Source of the DNA: Octopus vulgaris
Lineage: Eukaryota
Assembly: GCA_951406725.2 (NCBI GenBank)
Contig: CATOCA020000001.1
Coordinates: 10,788,001 to 10,852,000, forward strand
Direction of reading: 5' to 3'
Length of the DNA: 64,000 nt
The position numbers and the translations under genes were made by a program. Under the pieces are notes generated by a model, which did not search any database, had not been told where the DNA came from, and saw only the letters and a program-made list of their open reading frames with translations. Below, one piece after another: positions 12,814 to 25,399 of this stretch. Each line of letters opens with the position of its first letter. Positions within the stretch are counted from its first letter, which is position 1.

Positions 12814-14480
12814 AAGAAGGACGAGGAGGAGGAGCAGGAGGAATGGTGGAGGAAGAAGAAGAAGAAGAAGAAGTGGAAGAGATAAAGAAGAAGAGGAACA
12901 AGAAGGACGAGGAGGAGGAGCATGAGGAATGGCGGAAGAAGAAGAAGAAGAAGAAGAAGAAGAAGAAGGACGAGGAGGAGGAGCAGGAGGAATGGTGGAG
13001 GAAGAAGAAGAAGAAGAAGAAGAAGGAAAGGAAGTAGAAGAAAAAGAAGGACGAGGAGGAGGAGCAGGATGAATGGCGGAAGAAGGAGAAGAAGAAGAAG
13101 TAGAGGTGGAAGAAGAAAAAGAATGACGAGGAGGAGGAGCAGGAGGAATGGTGGAGGAAGAAGAAGAAGAAGAAGAAGAAGAAGAGGAAGAGATAAAGAA
13201 GAAGAGGAACAAGAAGGACGAGGAGGAGGAGCATGAGGAATGGCGGAAGAAGAAGAAGAAGGACGAGGAGGAGGAGGAGGAGGAATGGTGGAGGAAGAAG
13301 AAGAAGTAGAAGAAGAAGAAGAGGAAGTAGAAGAAAATGAAGGACGAGGAGGAGGAGCAGGAGGAATGGCGGAAGAAGGAGAAGAAGAAGAAGAAGAAGA
13401 AGAAGAAGAAGAAGCAGAGGAGGAAGAAGAAAAAGAATGACGAGGAGGAGGTGCAGGGGGAATGGTGGAGGAAGAAGAAGAAGAAGAAGACGAAGAAGAA
13501 GAAAAGGAAGAAGAAGAAGAAATGAAGTGGAAATGAAGAGGAGAAGAATATGAAGAGATAGATCGATAATTCTTGGGCGAGAAACATGGCTGAAAAATCA
13601 GGGAATATACGGAATCAGAAATCAACATATTCAAATGCACTCATACACATTCTTATATTCATAGTATCAACGACGGAATGCGGTATGCACACTCACATCA
13701 CACATATTCCCACTCACCCTTGGGGAAATATGGTGAGAGAGATTATTTATTTCATATCGCTTCATTGTCACAAGAATATTAGAAAACACACGCTTACAAG
13801 AAATATATCAGCAGTTTAATTGTATCAGGCCAAATATCCCAGCTTACAAGTACAGTAAGTATTTCAGGTTTACAGATAGAATGTATGTGACTATATTATT
13901 CGAATATATATTTTCCGCTTCCACTTCAGTTGCTCTATTACATAAATAACGGGAAGTGAATGACAAAATTCGAAGTTGAATGATAATATCGAAACACGAA
14001 GGAGAATATTGAAATAAGAAATGGAGGAGGATGCAAAATATAAAATAAAGGAATAATATAGTCACATTTCACACAGAACTACACTTATATATGAACATAC
14101 ACATATACTTCAGCTAAAAATATTTGATGCAAACATGTAAACTCACAAACGTTACCATTTCTAATACAAATTCATATCAAAATCATTGAAATTTGGGGAA
14201 CAAAAATGAGTTATTGAGATGCGAATTGAAACAAAGCAACTACAATAAAGGAACATTATATTTTTCCTATTATTTCACTTTCTCTCTCAAATTCTCTCTC
14301 TTTCTTTCACATTGTCTCGCTCTCTCCTATTCTCTTTGTATCTTCCTAAATCGTGTTCATTCTACAAATTCGAGTTGATTTTGTTTGGTTCAGTCTGAAA
14401 TATTATACAATTTGTGAGCTTATATATCAGCATCAATTATTACTTTCGGAAAATAGTATCAAGAAACTGAACGAACTTAC

Positions 14481-14552
14481 AATCCCTTTAAATTTGAAAG
14501 CCCCGTGAATGCTCCTTCTTTGATGGTTGCTATGTTGTTCTCGTTCAGAGAT
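14481..14552 (-). CDS. LRR protein, 72-bp LRR exon (SLNENNIATIKEGAFTGLSNLKG[L]); duplicate of 17364-17435
   Basis: Exactly 72 bp, CTGCTATAG acceptor and GTAAGT donor, phase 2-2, LRR consensus, open reading frame. Confidence 0.92.
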
Positions 14553-17363
14553 CTATAGCAGTAAAGAAAGAGTAAAATAGATTATATGGAAAATATTTGT
14601 GATACAACATCAAACACTGTGACTTGAGAATGAAAGGAAGAAAACGAAGAAAGATAACGAAGAAGAAAAGGAAGAAGAAGAAGGAAGAGGAGGAGGCGAA
14701 GAAGAATTAGAAGAAAGGAGAAGAGGTTGAAGAAAAAGAAGAGCAAGAAGGAATAGGAGGAAAAAGGAGGAGGAGGCTAAAAAAACGGAAGAAGATGTAG
14801 GAGAAATAGTAAAAGAAGAAGAAGGAGGGGAGGAGGAGGAGGAAGAGAATAACAAGAAGAAGAGGATAAGAATAAGAAAGACGAGGAAGAGGAGGAGGAG
14901 AAGTAGAAAGAAGAAAGGAGAAGAAGAAGAAGGAGAAGAAGAAGGAGAAGAAGAAGAAGAAAATGAAGGAGGATAGGGAGGGGGAGGGGAAGAAGAAGAA
15001 TTGCTAGAAGAAGGAAGGGAAGAACAAGAAGAAGAAGACGTAGAAGAAATTGAAGCAGGAAAAAGAAGAAGATGAAGAAGAAGAAGGAGGAGGAGGAGCA
15101 GGAGGAGAAGGAGAAAGAGAATAACAAAAACAGAAGTTAAGAAGGAGAAGGAGGAGGAGGCGGAGATGTAGAAGAAGAAGAAGAAGAAGAAGAAGGAAGA
15201 GGAGGAAAAAGGAGGAGGAGTAGGAGTATGAAGGGGGAGAATAAGTAGGAGAAGATGAAAAAGAAGAAGATGAAGGAGGAGGAGGAGGATGAGAATAACA
15301 GAAAGAAGAATATAAGAAGAAGAAAGAGGGGTAGGAGGAGAAGTAGATAAAGAAGTAGAAAGAAGAAGAAGAATATAAGAAGAAAAAAAAGAAATAGAAG
15401 AATGAGAAGAAGAAAAGAAAAAGGAGGAGGAGGAAAAGAAGAAGAAGAATTAGAAGAAGAAGCAGAAGAAGAAGAAAAGGAGCAGGAGTGGAAGGGAGGA
15501 GGAGAATTACAAGAAGAAAAATGAGGAGGAGGGGCGGAGAGGATTGGGTAGAAAAAAAGAAGATGAAAAAAAGAAGTAGAAGAAGGAAGAGGAAAAAGGA
15601 GGAGGAAGATGATGATAGGGAAAAAGTAGGTGAAGAAGAAAAAGAATAAGAATAAGAATAAGAAGAAGGAGGAGGAGGAAGGGTTGATGAAGAAGTTGAA
15701 AGTAGAAGAAGAAGAAGAAGGAGAAGAGGAAGTAGAAGAATAAGAAGAAGAAGAAGACGAAGAAGAAGAATAAGAAGAAGAAGACGGAGAAGAAAAAGAA
15801 GAAAAAAGAAAAAGGAGCAGGAGAGGAGGGGGAGGAAGAGAATTACAAGAAGAAATAGGAGGAGGAGGGGCGGAGTGGAGGGGAAGAGAATTTAAAAAAG
15901 AAAATGAAGAATAATAATAAGAAAAAATTAGAAGAGGAAGGAGGAGGACCAGGAGGAGGAGGAGGACCAGGAGGAGAGGAGGACCAGGAGGAGGAGGAGG
16001 ACCAGGAGGAGGAGGAGGACCAGGAGGAGGAGGACCAGGAGGAGGAGGACCAGGAGGAGGAGGAGGAGGAGGAGGAGGAGGAGGTGAAATAGAAGAAAAA
16101 GAAAAGAAGAGAAGAAGAAGAAGAAGAAGAAGTAGATGAAGTAGAAGTGGAAGAAAGAAAAGAAGAAGAAGAAGAAGAAGAAGAAGAAGAAGAAGAAGAA
16201 GAAGGAGGAGGAGGCAGAAGACGAAATGACAAAAAGATGATGAAAAAGGCAGAGAAGGAGAAGTAGAATAAGAAAAAGAACAAAAAGAAGAAGGAGAAGA
16301 AGAAGAAGAAGAAGAAGAAGAAGAAGAAGAAGAAGAAGAAGAAGAAGAAGAAGAAGAAGACGAAGAAGAAGACACATTGAAAATCATGGTGTTTAAGATG
16401 AAACTGAAAATATTTTCGAAATATCAGGAAATAATTCAAGGATAGAATGAAAAATTTTGGGCGAGAAGACATGGCTGAAAAATCAGGGAATATACGGAAT
16501 CAGAAATCAACATATTCAAATGCACTCATACGCATTCTTATATTCATAGTATCAACGACGGAATGCGGTATGCACACTCACATCACACATATTCCCACTC
16601 ACCCTTGTGGAAATATGGTGAGAGAGATTATTTATTTCATATCGCTTCATTGTCACAAGAATATTAGAAAACACACGCTTACAAGAAATATATCAGCAGT
16701 TTAATTGTATCAGGCCAAATATTCCAGCTTACAAGTACAGTAAGTATTTCAGGTTTACAGATAGAATGTATGTGACTATATTATTCGAATATATATTTTC
16801 CGCTTCCACTTCAGTTGCTCTATTACAAAATAACGTGAAGTGAATGACAAAATTCGAAGTTGAATGATAATATCGAAACACGAAGGAGAATATTGAAATA
16901 AGAAATGGAGGAGGATGTAAAATATAAAATAAAAGAATAATATAGTCACATTTCACACAGAACTACACTTATATATGAACATACACATATACTTCAGCTA
17001 AAAATATTTGATGCAAACATGTAAACTCACAAACGTTACCATTTCTAATACAAATTCATATCAAAATCATTGAAATTTGGGGAACAAAAATGAGTTATTG
17101 AGATGCGAATTGAAACAAAGCAACTACAATAAAGGAACATTATATTTTTCCCATTATTTCACTTTCTCTCTCAAATTCTCTCTCTTTCTTTCACATTGTC
17201 TCGCTCTCTCATATTCTCTTTGTATATTCCTAAATCGTGTTCATTCTACAAATTTGAATTAATTTTGTTTAGTTCAGTCTGAAATATTATACATTTGTGA
17301 GCTTATATATCAGCATCAATTATTACTTTCGGAAAATAGTATCAAGAAACTGAACGAACTTAC

Positions 17364-17435
17364 AATACGTTTAAATTTGAAAGCCCCGTAAATGCTCCTT
17401 CTTTGATGGTTGAAATGTTGTTCTTCCAAAGATTT
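17364..17435 (-). CDS. LRR protein, 72-bp LRR exon (NLWKNNISTIKEGAFTGLSNLNV[L])
   Basis: Exactly 72 bp, TTTTTACTGCTATAG acceptor and GTAAGT donor, phase 2-2. Fits the 24-aa LRR consensus LxLxxNxIxxIxxxAFxxLxxLxxL. Confidence 0.92.
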
Positions 17436-19856
17436 CTATAGCAGTAAAAAAGAGTAAAATAGATTATATGGAAAATATTTGTGATACAACATCAAACACT
17501 GTGACTTGAGAATGAAAGGAAGAAAAAGAAGAAAGATAACGAAGAAGAAAAAGAAGAAGAAGAAGGAAGGAGGAGGAGGTGAAGAAGAATTAGAAGAGGA
17601 AAGGAGAAGAGGTAGAAAAAAAGAAGAGCAAGAAGGAATAGGAGGAAAAAGGAGGAGGAGGCTGATAAAAGGGAAGAAGATGTAGGAGAAAAAGTAAAAG
17701 AAGGAGAAGGAGGGGGGGAGGAGGAGGAGGAAGAGAATAACAAGAAGAAGAAGATAAGAATAAGAAAGACGAGGAAGAGGAGGAGGAGAAGTAGAAAGAA
17801 AGAAAGGAGAAGAAGAAGAAGGAGAAGAAGAAGGAGAAGAAGAAGAAGAAGAAGAAAAAGAAGGAGGATAGGGAGGGGGAGGGGAAGAAGAAGAAGAAGA
17901 AGAAGACGTAGAAGAAGTTGAAGCAGGAAAATGAAGAAGAAGATGAAGAAGAAGAAGGAGGAGGAGGAGGAGGAGGAGGAGAAAGAGAATAACAAAAACA
18001 GAAGTTAAGAAGGAGAAGAAGGAGGAGGCGGAGATGTAGAAGAAGAAGAAGAAGAAGAAGAAGAAGGAAGAGGAGGAAAAAGGAGGAGGAGTAGGAGTAT
18101 GAAGGGGGAGAATAAGTAGGAGAAGATGAAAAAGAAGAAGAAGATGAAGGAGGAGGAGGAGGAGGAGGAGAATAACAAAAAGAAGAATATAAGAAGAAGA
18201 AAGAGGGGTAGGACTAGAAGTAGATAAAGAAGTAGAAAGAAGAAGAAGAATATAAGAAGAAAAAAAGAAATAGAAGAATGAGAAGAAGAAAAGAAAAAGA
18301 AGGAGGAGGAGGAAAAGAAGAAGAAGAATTAGAAGAAGAAGCAGAAGAAGAAGAAAAGGAGCAGGAGTGGAAGGGAGGAGGAGAATTACAAGAAGAAAAA
18401 TGAGGAGGAGGGGGGGAGAGGATTGGGTAGAAAAAAAGAAGATGAAAAAAAGAAGTAGAAGAAGGAAGAGGAAAAAGGAGGAGGAAGATGATGATAGGGA
18501 AAAAGTAGGTGTAGAAGAAAAAGAATAAGAATAAGAATAAGAAGAAGGAGGAGGAGGAGGAAGGGTTGATGAAGAAGTTGAAAGTAGAAGAAGAAGAAGA
18601 AAGAAGAAGAAGAAGAAGAAGAAGAAGAAGAAGACGAAGAAGAAGAATAAGAAGAAGAAGACGGAGAAGAAAAAGAAAAAAAGAAAAATGAGCAGGAGAG
18701 AAGGGGGAGGAAGAGAATTACAAGAAGAAATAGGAGGAGGAGGGGCGGAGTGGATGGGGAAGAGAATTTAAAGAAGAAAATGAAGAATAATAATAAGAAC
18801 AAAATTAGAAGAGGAAGGAGGAGGAGGGACCAGGAGGAGGAGGAGGACAAGGAGGAGGAGTAGAACCAGGGGGAGAAGGAGGACCAGGAGGAGGAGGACC
18901 AGGAGGAGGAGGAGGAGGAGGTGAAATAGAAGAAAAAGAAAAGAAGAGAAGAAGAAGAAGAAGAAGTAGTAGAAGAAGTAGAAGTGGAAGAAAGAAAAGA
19001 AGAAGAAGAAGAAGAAGGAGAAGAAGGAGGAGGAGGAGGCAGAAGACGAAATGACAAAAAGATGATGAAAAAGGCAGAGAAGGAGAAGTAGAATAAGAAA
19101 AAGAACAAAAGAAGAAGAAGGAGAAGAAGAAGAAGAAGAAGCAGAAGAAGAAGAAGAAGAAGAAGAAGAAGAAGAAGAAGAAGAAGAAGAAGAAGAAGAA
19201 GAAGAAGAAGAAGAAGAAGAAGAAGAAGACACATTGATAATCATAGTGAAAATATTTTCACAATATTTGACTTCAGAATGAAAGGAAGAAAAAGAAGAAA
19301 GATAACGAAGAAGAAGAAGAAGAAGAAGAAGAAGAAGAAGAAGAAGAAGAATAAGGGGAAGAAGGAGGAGGAGGAGGTTGAGTAGGAGAAGAAGAAGAAG
19401 AAGAAGAAGTAGAAGAAGAAGAAAAGAGAAGAAGAAGAGGAAGAGGAAGGAGAATTGACGAGGAGGTGGAGGAGGCGGAGGAGGTGGAGAGGCGGGGATG
19501 TTAGGAGTAGGACAAAGGAAGGGATGACTGAGGAGGGGCAGCTGGGGGTAGCAGCAGAAGGAGCAGGAAGAGCTGGAGACTGAGAATAAGAGGAAGAATT
19601 GGTAGAGAATGGAAAAGAGGGAGACCAATGAGGAAGCAGAAAGTACAGAGAAGAAAAAGAAGAAAAAGAATAAGAAGAAGAAGAAGAGGAAGAGGAAGAG
19701 GAAGAAGATGAAGAGGAAGAGGAAGAATAAGAGGGAGAAGAAAAAGAAGAAGACGAAGAAAAGGAAGAAGAAGAAGAAGAAGAAGAAGAAGAAGAAGAGG
19801 AAGAGGAAGACGAAGAATAAGAGGGAGAAGAAAAAGAAGACGAAGAAAAGGAAGAA

Positions 19857-19897
<41 letters not shown>

Positions 19898-20229
19898 AGA
19901 AGACGAAGACGAAGAGGGAGAAGAAGAAGAAGAAGAAGAAGAAGAAGAAGAAGAAGAAGAAGAAGAAGAAGAAGAAGAAGAAGAAGAAGAAGAAGAAGAA
20001 GAAGCAGAAGAAGCAGGAGGAGAAGAATATCTTAATGTGGCAGCAGTTTCATGTTTATTTCCTACTTGACTTGCACAACCTCGAGTATCCGCTTCGCGTC
20101 TCTATGTACCAACACATACATCCACACACATACACGCACATGTATGCACATATACGCACATACACACATATGTATATCTACCTCTGGGTGCGAGTATGTG
20201 CGTGAACCTCGTCCCCGTAGTGGTGTCCT

Positions 20230-20940
20230 TTTATCTGTCGATACAGTTTATTATCGAATCTAAAGGTGTTGTCTTCTAGTTCCCGGCGTGTGTCTTTGGA
20301 AATGCGTTTTGAAGCGTTCGTCCATCCGTCCGCTATGTTTTTCTACCCAGTGTTTGATTGCTCCCAGGCCCAAAGTGTGATGTATTTGTACAAAGATTAG
20401 TCAAATCTTTTAAGTATAGTACGTTCTGGGACAGTGGGTGGAATGTGTTTGATGAAATCCATATCGTCTCGGGTATAGCTGGGCATTAATGGGCACAACG
20501 GTTTGAGGAGTATATCCAAAAGATGGCTCAGTTGTTGTGTTGGGGCTCAAGGTCCAGCAACTGTTGGTCTCAATTTGATGTCAGTAGGTCTTAGTATTTT
20601 TATATGCTGATCCTTGCATTTTGGAGCATTCGCATATCTTGGGTGATCCATAGAAATTACTCTCTTTCATTACAGAGCTGCATAAATAATCTTTCTCTTT
20701 ATCTGTGAACGAACGTTGGTATTCATTTATCAGACTTTTGGGTGTATTCATTATTACTTTCTCCGCGTGTCTTGGTTCTTCCTTGTAGCAGGATTGGTCT
20801 GTTTCCAAAATTTTATCTTTATAGTAGTTTTGGTCCGTGACTGCTTTCACCCTTCCCTAATCGGTTTCTTTTAGGATGATTGAATTGTCATTCTTCAGTT
20901 TGTAAGCTTCCTTTTCTTCTTCACGAAGGTTCTGTTTGCA
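20230..20940 (-). mobile_element. Penelope-like element RT fragment
   Basis: Reads NFYGSPKI...RPTVAGP..PT..LSHLLDILLKPL......YTRDD.DFI......FD......HTLGL.AI..W, the PLE RT N-terminal motifs. Confidence 0.8.
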
Positions 20941-23481
20941 TTTTCGGATATTTTATTATATAAGATATAAAACAGATTTAAGTCACTACGTAAAGTATGA
21001 ATGAAAAACACTCATGCATGTAAAATATGAGAAAAGAATGGATGTTCAAAATATTTGTGATTTGAATTAGATTTACAAAGCCTTCGTTGCAACATCAGTT
21101 TTCAGTGGAAGATATTTTTATCATCTCAGAAGTCAGCTTTATTTATAAATATCTTGTTTCTGTCCAATGAGCATTCTATTTGTTATTACACTTTGCTGTC
21201 AAAAGTAATTTATCTTTGCAAAAGTAAACTCCTCTCCTTTGCATAATTGATGCATAAAAGTTCTTCACAAAAATAAATAAACCCCCAAAACTTCAAGACT
21301 GAAATAATAGACTAGGAAGGAAAACATAACAGAAATAGAAAGGGATTTATTAATAGAATTGGTGATGGTAGAGTGGGGAAACCCTGATATAATTTTGAGT
21401 TATGTGCTACAAAGGAGAACAACCTTACATGGTGATTTAACTGGTTAAGGGTGTTATTTAAAAAAGGGATGTGGCAACATACATTGCCTTAGTTTTTTCG
21501 TCTTTTTTTAGCCCTTTGCTCCTTACTCTTGCTGTATTAAACCTCAGTTTGTTCCCATTATTAGCCATCTATGCTAAATCCTTCATCCCCTAAATAGAGT
21601 ATCCCTGTTCATCATTTCTGTAAAGGTTGACCTGCAACAGCTCAAGCGGAATATTAAATTCTCGACCCCATGTCGAATTTATCGATTTTTTTCAGAACTG
21701 GGGGAACTTTTCAAAATTTTCGCTGCGTTAGTTTTGAATTATGACATTGGGCTATGTGTGTGTCAAGTTGAAAGCCGTGGTCAGAGTGAGGGTACGAGAA
21801 AACAGACACACAGAAAACGCACAGAGAAACTGCCGTTTATATAGAGAGAGATATCTGTCTCACAAGTATTGGAGATCTTGCAGGGTTAAAAACTTGTCTG
21901 ATCCTTTCTCCAAAATCGGTAAAATAAAAAGTGTGGAATTTTAACTCAGATCACAGACAACTGGACAATATACTGCAAGGTGTCTTATTCGAGGTCCTCA
22001 TAGTTGCATTTGTTCATTGAACTGTTATGGTTCTTTATTGATCTCTGAAATGAATGACCCAAGGTTGACCTTGGCGGGATTTGACGTCAGATTGCCGTGT
22101 GTCAGAACGCAATGTATTCTACTAGACGGTCAAATGATTTGTGCCAAACCTCGCTCAAGTTATGAACGATGAAAATATCTAACTTATTAAACAGAACTTC
22201 AACTTTACTATTCAACATCTTGAGTTATACGAGATTTAGGAATTCCATTATTGACACTTTTCTCTTTATTTTACATTAGGATTTCTCATTTTGTCAAAAC
22301 GTTCCAAATGTTTTGAGAAATAGATCTGATCGAATGAATTGATCCACTTTAGTATTAGAATATTTGATTAAAACTGAAAGTTTAAGGTGATTAATGCAAT
22401 GATGCAAGCCAATTAACTGGAAATAATCACCTGGAAGAGCAATGTGTTGCAACAGAGTATTTGTTATGATTGCATGTATCAAATAATTACTCTCTTTTAT
22501 TCTATTCCATTTCTTGAGACGTTAAATTTTAATAATTTACTTAAAAATTACGTACGTTTTCAGGTGAACGGGGATACATCAATCAGCCGAAACTTCAATT
22601 AACCTTCCATAATTTTGTAATAAGGTTTATTGTGTTCATGATAGGGTAAATTTTACTGATGACATTCTATCAAAAATAAATTCCTCATAATTTGTTAAAA
22701 TAACACTATTTTGATTTCTTCACTTAGGTATTTTAAGAATTTGGCAATTTAAGCGGATCTCGTCATTATCTGCTGTTTAATCCATCTGTTTCATTTTTAA
22801 TTATAAAAATAATAATTTCTTCCATAGGAACAAACCTGAAATTTTGGGAAAGGGACAAGTCCTTTACATTGATCTCAGAGATAAATTGCTATTTATTTTA
22901 CCGACTCCAAAAGAATGAAAAACAAAGTCAACCTCGACAGAATTTAAAATCGAAACGTAAAGACGAACGAAATACCGCTCAACATTTTGTCTGGCGTGCA
23001 CAACGATTCTGATAGCTCGCTGCATATTCTATTATAAAATTAACACAAACAATAATTAACAATTATTCTGTGACACGATCAACTGATATTATATCATATT
23101 ACTGTAATAATAAGCAACAATTCAACTAATTAATGATATAATATAACTATGTGGAATACACGTTTTCTTAGCACTAAAGTTTTTATACTGTCCGTTCATT
23201 GAATATACCGTAAGATTTGATAAGTTCAGACAAATGAAATCAAAGTCAGATACTAGTCATATCCAATCTCTGTGTATGCGATGTTATATATTATAAATTC
23301 AATATGGTAAGTAACAGTTTATTTGACTTCACAGCAGGTAACATATCGATTTGTTTTACTCTAACATAAGATTGTGCTTAAAGCTGTGAGATAAACAGCA
23401 TAAGCGATTAGCTGAGAACATAATCAATGAGAATTTAAAATATTGGATGTGGAAAATACGTAGAAAGTGTCAAATACTTAC

Positions 23482-23672
23482 AAATATTCAACATTCGTCG
23501 GAATTGGCTGTGGAATTGATAGTAAATTGCGATTTATACAACTTATTATCGCTGTAAATGAATTGCAATAACATGTGTTGCAGATATCTGAATCAGCTTG
23601 AGTCTCCAAAAACAATATCGTACACAGTATAAACACGAGAGACCGTCTATATGATACTACGTGGTGAAACAT
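23482..23672 (-). CDS. LRR protein, first coding exon: signal peptide + LRR N-terminal cap (MFHHVVSYRRSLVFILCTILFLETQADSDICNTCYCNSFTAIISCINRNLLSIPQPIPTNVEY[L])
   Basis: Hydrophobic N-terminus followed by an LRRNT pattern (CxxCxC...ISCxxxxLxxIPxxIPxxVxxL). Phase-2 GTAAGT donor at 23481-23476. A polypyrimidine/CAG acceptor at 23695-23693 lies just upstream of the ATG, so an untranslated 5' exon should lie further right. Confidence 0.9.
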
Positions 23673-24226
23673 ATTGCCAGGCGTAGATTTATCTGTAAAA
23701 GAAGAAAATAGGAAATGTCAGAGATTTCAATGTTATTAACTTCAAATTGCAGATTCTCTGAAGGAACTAAAATTCACCCCTGTTCCACATGACAAATATA
23801 TTTTTGTTTTCATGATTGGATATTTAAAGCTAAAAAATTAAATTTCGATAAATTAGTGTGAAGAAATTTATAAAAATATTATAGCTTTAACGCGTAATAA
23901 TATCAAAGAAAACACCAAACTCACACACACAAACACAAACGCACTCCTACACACATCTGTAACCATACTCGGAGGGGGGTCTAATATATATATATACAAA
24001 ACTAGCGAACCATGAGTTTCGTAGACCCTAAATACGCAGTGGTTGTAAACCCGGTTGGGTCGTTAAATCCGATGGGACCCCACAAGCAACTGTATTGTAT
24101 CAAAGGATTTTTCCTGTACCCCAGTTTTAGAAGCGTTCATACAAAGTTTTTCCTTAAATAAACTATCATGATTTCATTTTACTTACTTTTTTTTTACTGA
24201 AAACAAGAATAAAGCATGAACGTAAA

Positions 24227-24760
24227 TCTATATATATAAAACTCAACTTGTGTGTCTATCTGTGTATCTGTGTGTGTGTCTGTGTCTTTTACTTCCCGGC
24301 ACATCTCCTCCTAGCCAACAAATCGTAGAACCACCAAACATGGGTCACTTAAAGTTTAGGCGAATGAAAATTGAACTGCGCTATTTCTGTTCCGAAATTC
24401 ATCTCGCAAGTGCAAAAATCGATAATGTGTTTGTTTAGGCCTTCTCCCATGCATTGAATAGTGAACTTTACTCAGTCAGCTGTTTGACGTGAACTGTGTT
24501 CACCACGCGTGCAAGCATGCGTAAATTGCATGAAAAATAAAAAAGCAAGACGAATCGCCGTAAACATTGTAGAAATTCGGCAAAGAAATGAATTTTCGGG
24601 ATGTAGCCTGGAGGGTTTTTTCGTATTAATCGTTTGGACTTTGTGAACTCATACCAATTGTTTTCATACCATTTTTAACGCTTTGAATTAAATGTGACCA
24701 TTTTGCGTTGAGTCTGCAGTTTGAATCACTAACCAAATTTTAGCAGGTTGGATTTTTGAT
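24227..24760 (+). mobile_element. Possible non-autonomous Helitron/Helentron-like element
   Basis: Begins TCTATATATATAAAA followed by a (TGTC/TGTG) microsatellite, a layout typical of such elements. A similar minus-strand 5' end lies at ~21800-21852. No 3' end was verified. Confidence 0.35.
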
Positions 24761-24839
24761 CATCACGATACATCGCCAGCGACTCCCTGAAACTCTCCTC
24801 TGATATCCTCGTTGAGAAATACTGATCTAAAAGAATAAT

Positions 24840-25030
24840 TCAACAATGCAATTTTCTGTATGTTATATGTGTTTGTAAATCCTGGTGTTTTTGTTATGTA
24901 TTTGTCTGAATAATTTTTTATCATGCCTAATGCACTTACTATGATAGGAATTGTTTCTGTTTTTAGATTCCTCGTTCGAGTTACCTCTATTTCCAGGTCT
25001 TTGTATTTTGAAAGTTTCTCCATTTCTTTA
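24840..25030 (-). mobile_element. R4/Dong-like 3' end fragment adjoining (TAA)n
   Basis: Reads EKLSKYKDLEIEVTR..NLKTETIPIIV.ALGMI...IQKIALL, the RLE-region K..KY.DL motif. Confidence 0.8.
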
Positions 25031-25399
25031 TTGTTATTATTATTATTTGTGTCGGTTTTGGAGACTAGTTGTTCGGAGCTCTAAGTTTTCTTTAGAATTT
25101 GTTGTTACAATGTTGTTTTCAAAATTTTATTGACCACAGAACCCACCTCGCTGTAAGCGGGGCTAGCTGCGGTGGCCAGAATTCGCCCCTTAAAGGCGAA
25201 TTTTGAGTTTTAAAAACTACAAATTTATATTTTAAAAAGAAAAAGTTCAGTCTGGCTTCCCAAATCGAGGCAAGTAAAGGTTCTTACATCATCCGTTTTG
25301 ACATTTTGTCACCTCCGCTTGTTAATATTTTTGAGAAACAAAGCAAAGACAGCAGCAGTAGTAGTAGCAGCAACAACAACAACAGCATCACAACCATCA

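Larger units (their letters stand above)
13570..19240. repeat. Tandem duplication, period ~2.88 kb, each unit with one LRR exon
   Basis: 13586 matches 16471 and 14481 matches 17364. The GA-rich flanks are also duplicated (~14620-16380 vs ~17500-19240). Confidence 0.92.
11013..20030. repeat. ~9-kb polypurine/polypyrimidine (GAA/GGA)-rich tract interrupted by two ~1-kb copies of an exon-bearing island
   Basis: Directly visible. Islands at ~13560-14620 and ~16375-17510. Internal minisatellite GAAGGACGAGGAGGAGGAGCAGGAGGAATGG at ~12720-13470. Confidence 0.95.

Noticed and set aside
16729-16800. NIYSNNIVTYILSVNLKYLLYL followed by GTAAG, LRR-like (also at ~13844-13915)
   Set aside because: No AG acceptor or polypyrimidine tract at the expected distance, and a poor fit to the LRR consensus.
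10742-20205. Long S/F/L-rich and K/E/R-rich ORFs (up to 881 aa)
   Set aside because: Stop-poor frames of the GAA/GGA tract; intronic to the LRR gene.
21860-21940. FLTLQDLQYL followed by GTGAGA as a possible LRR exon
   Set aside because: No acceptor at 72 bp and no LxxN motif.
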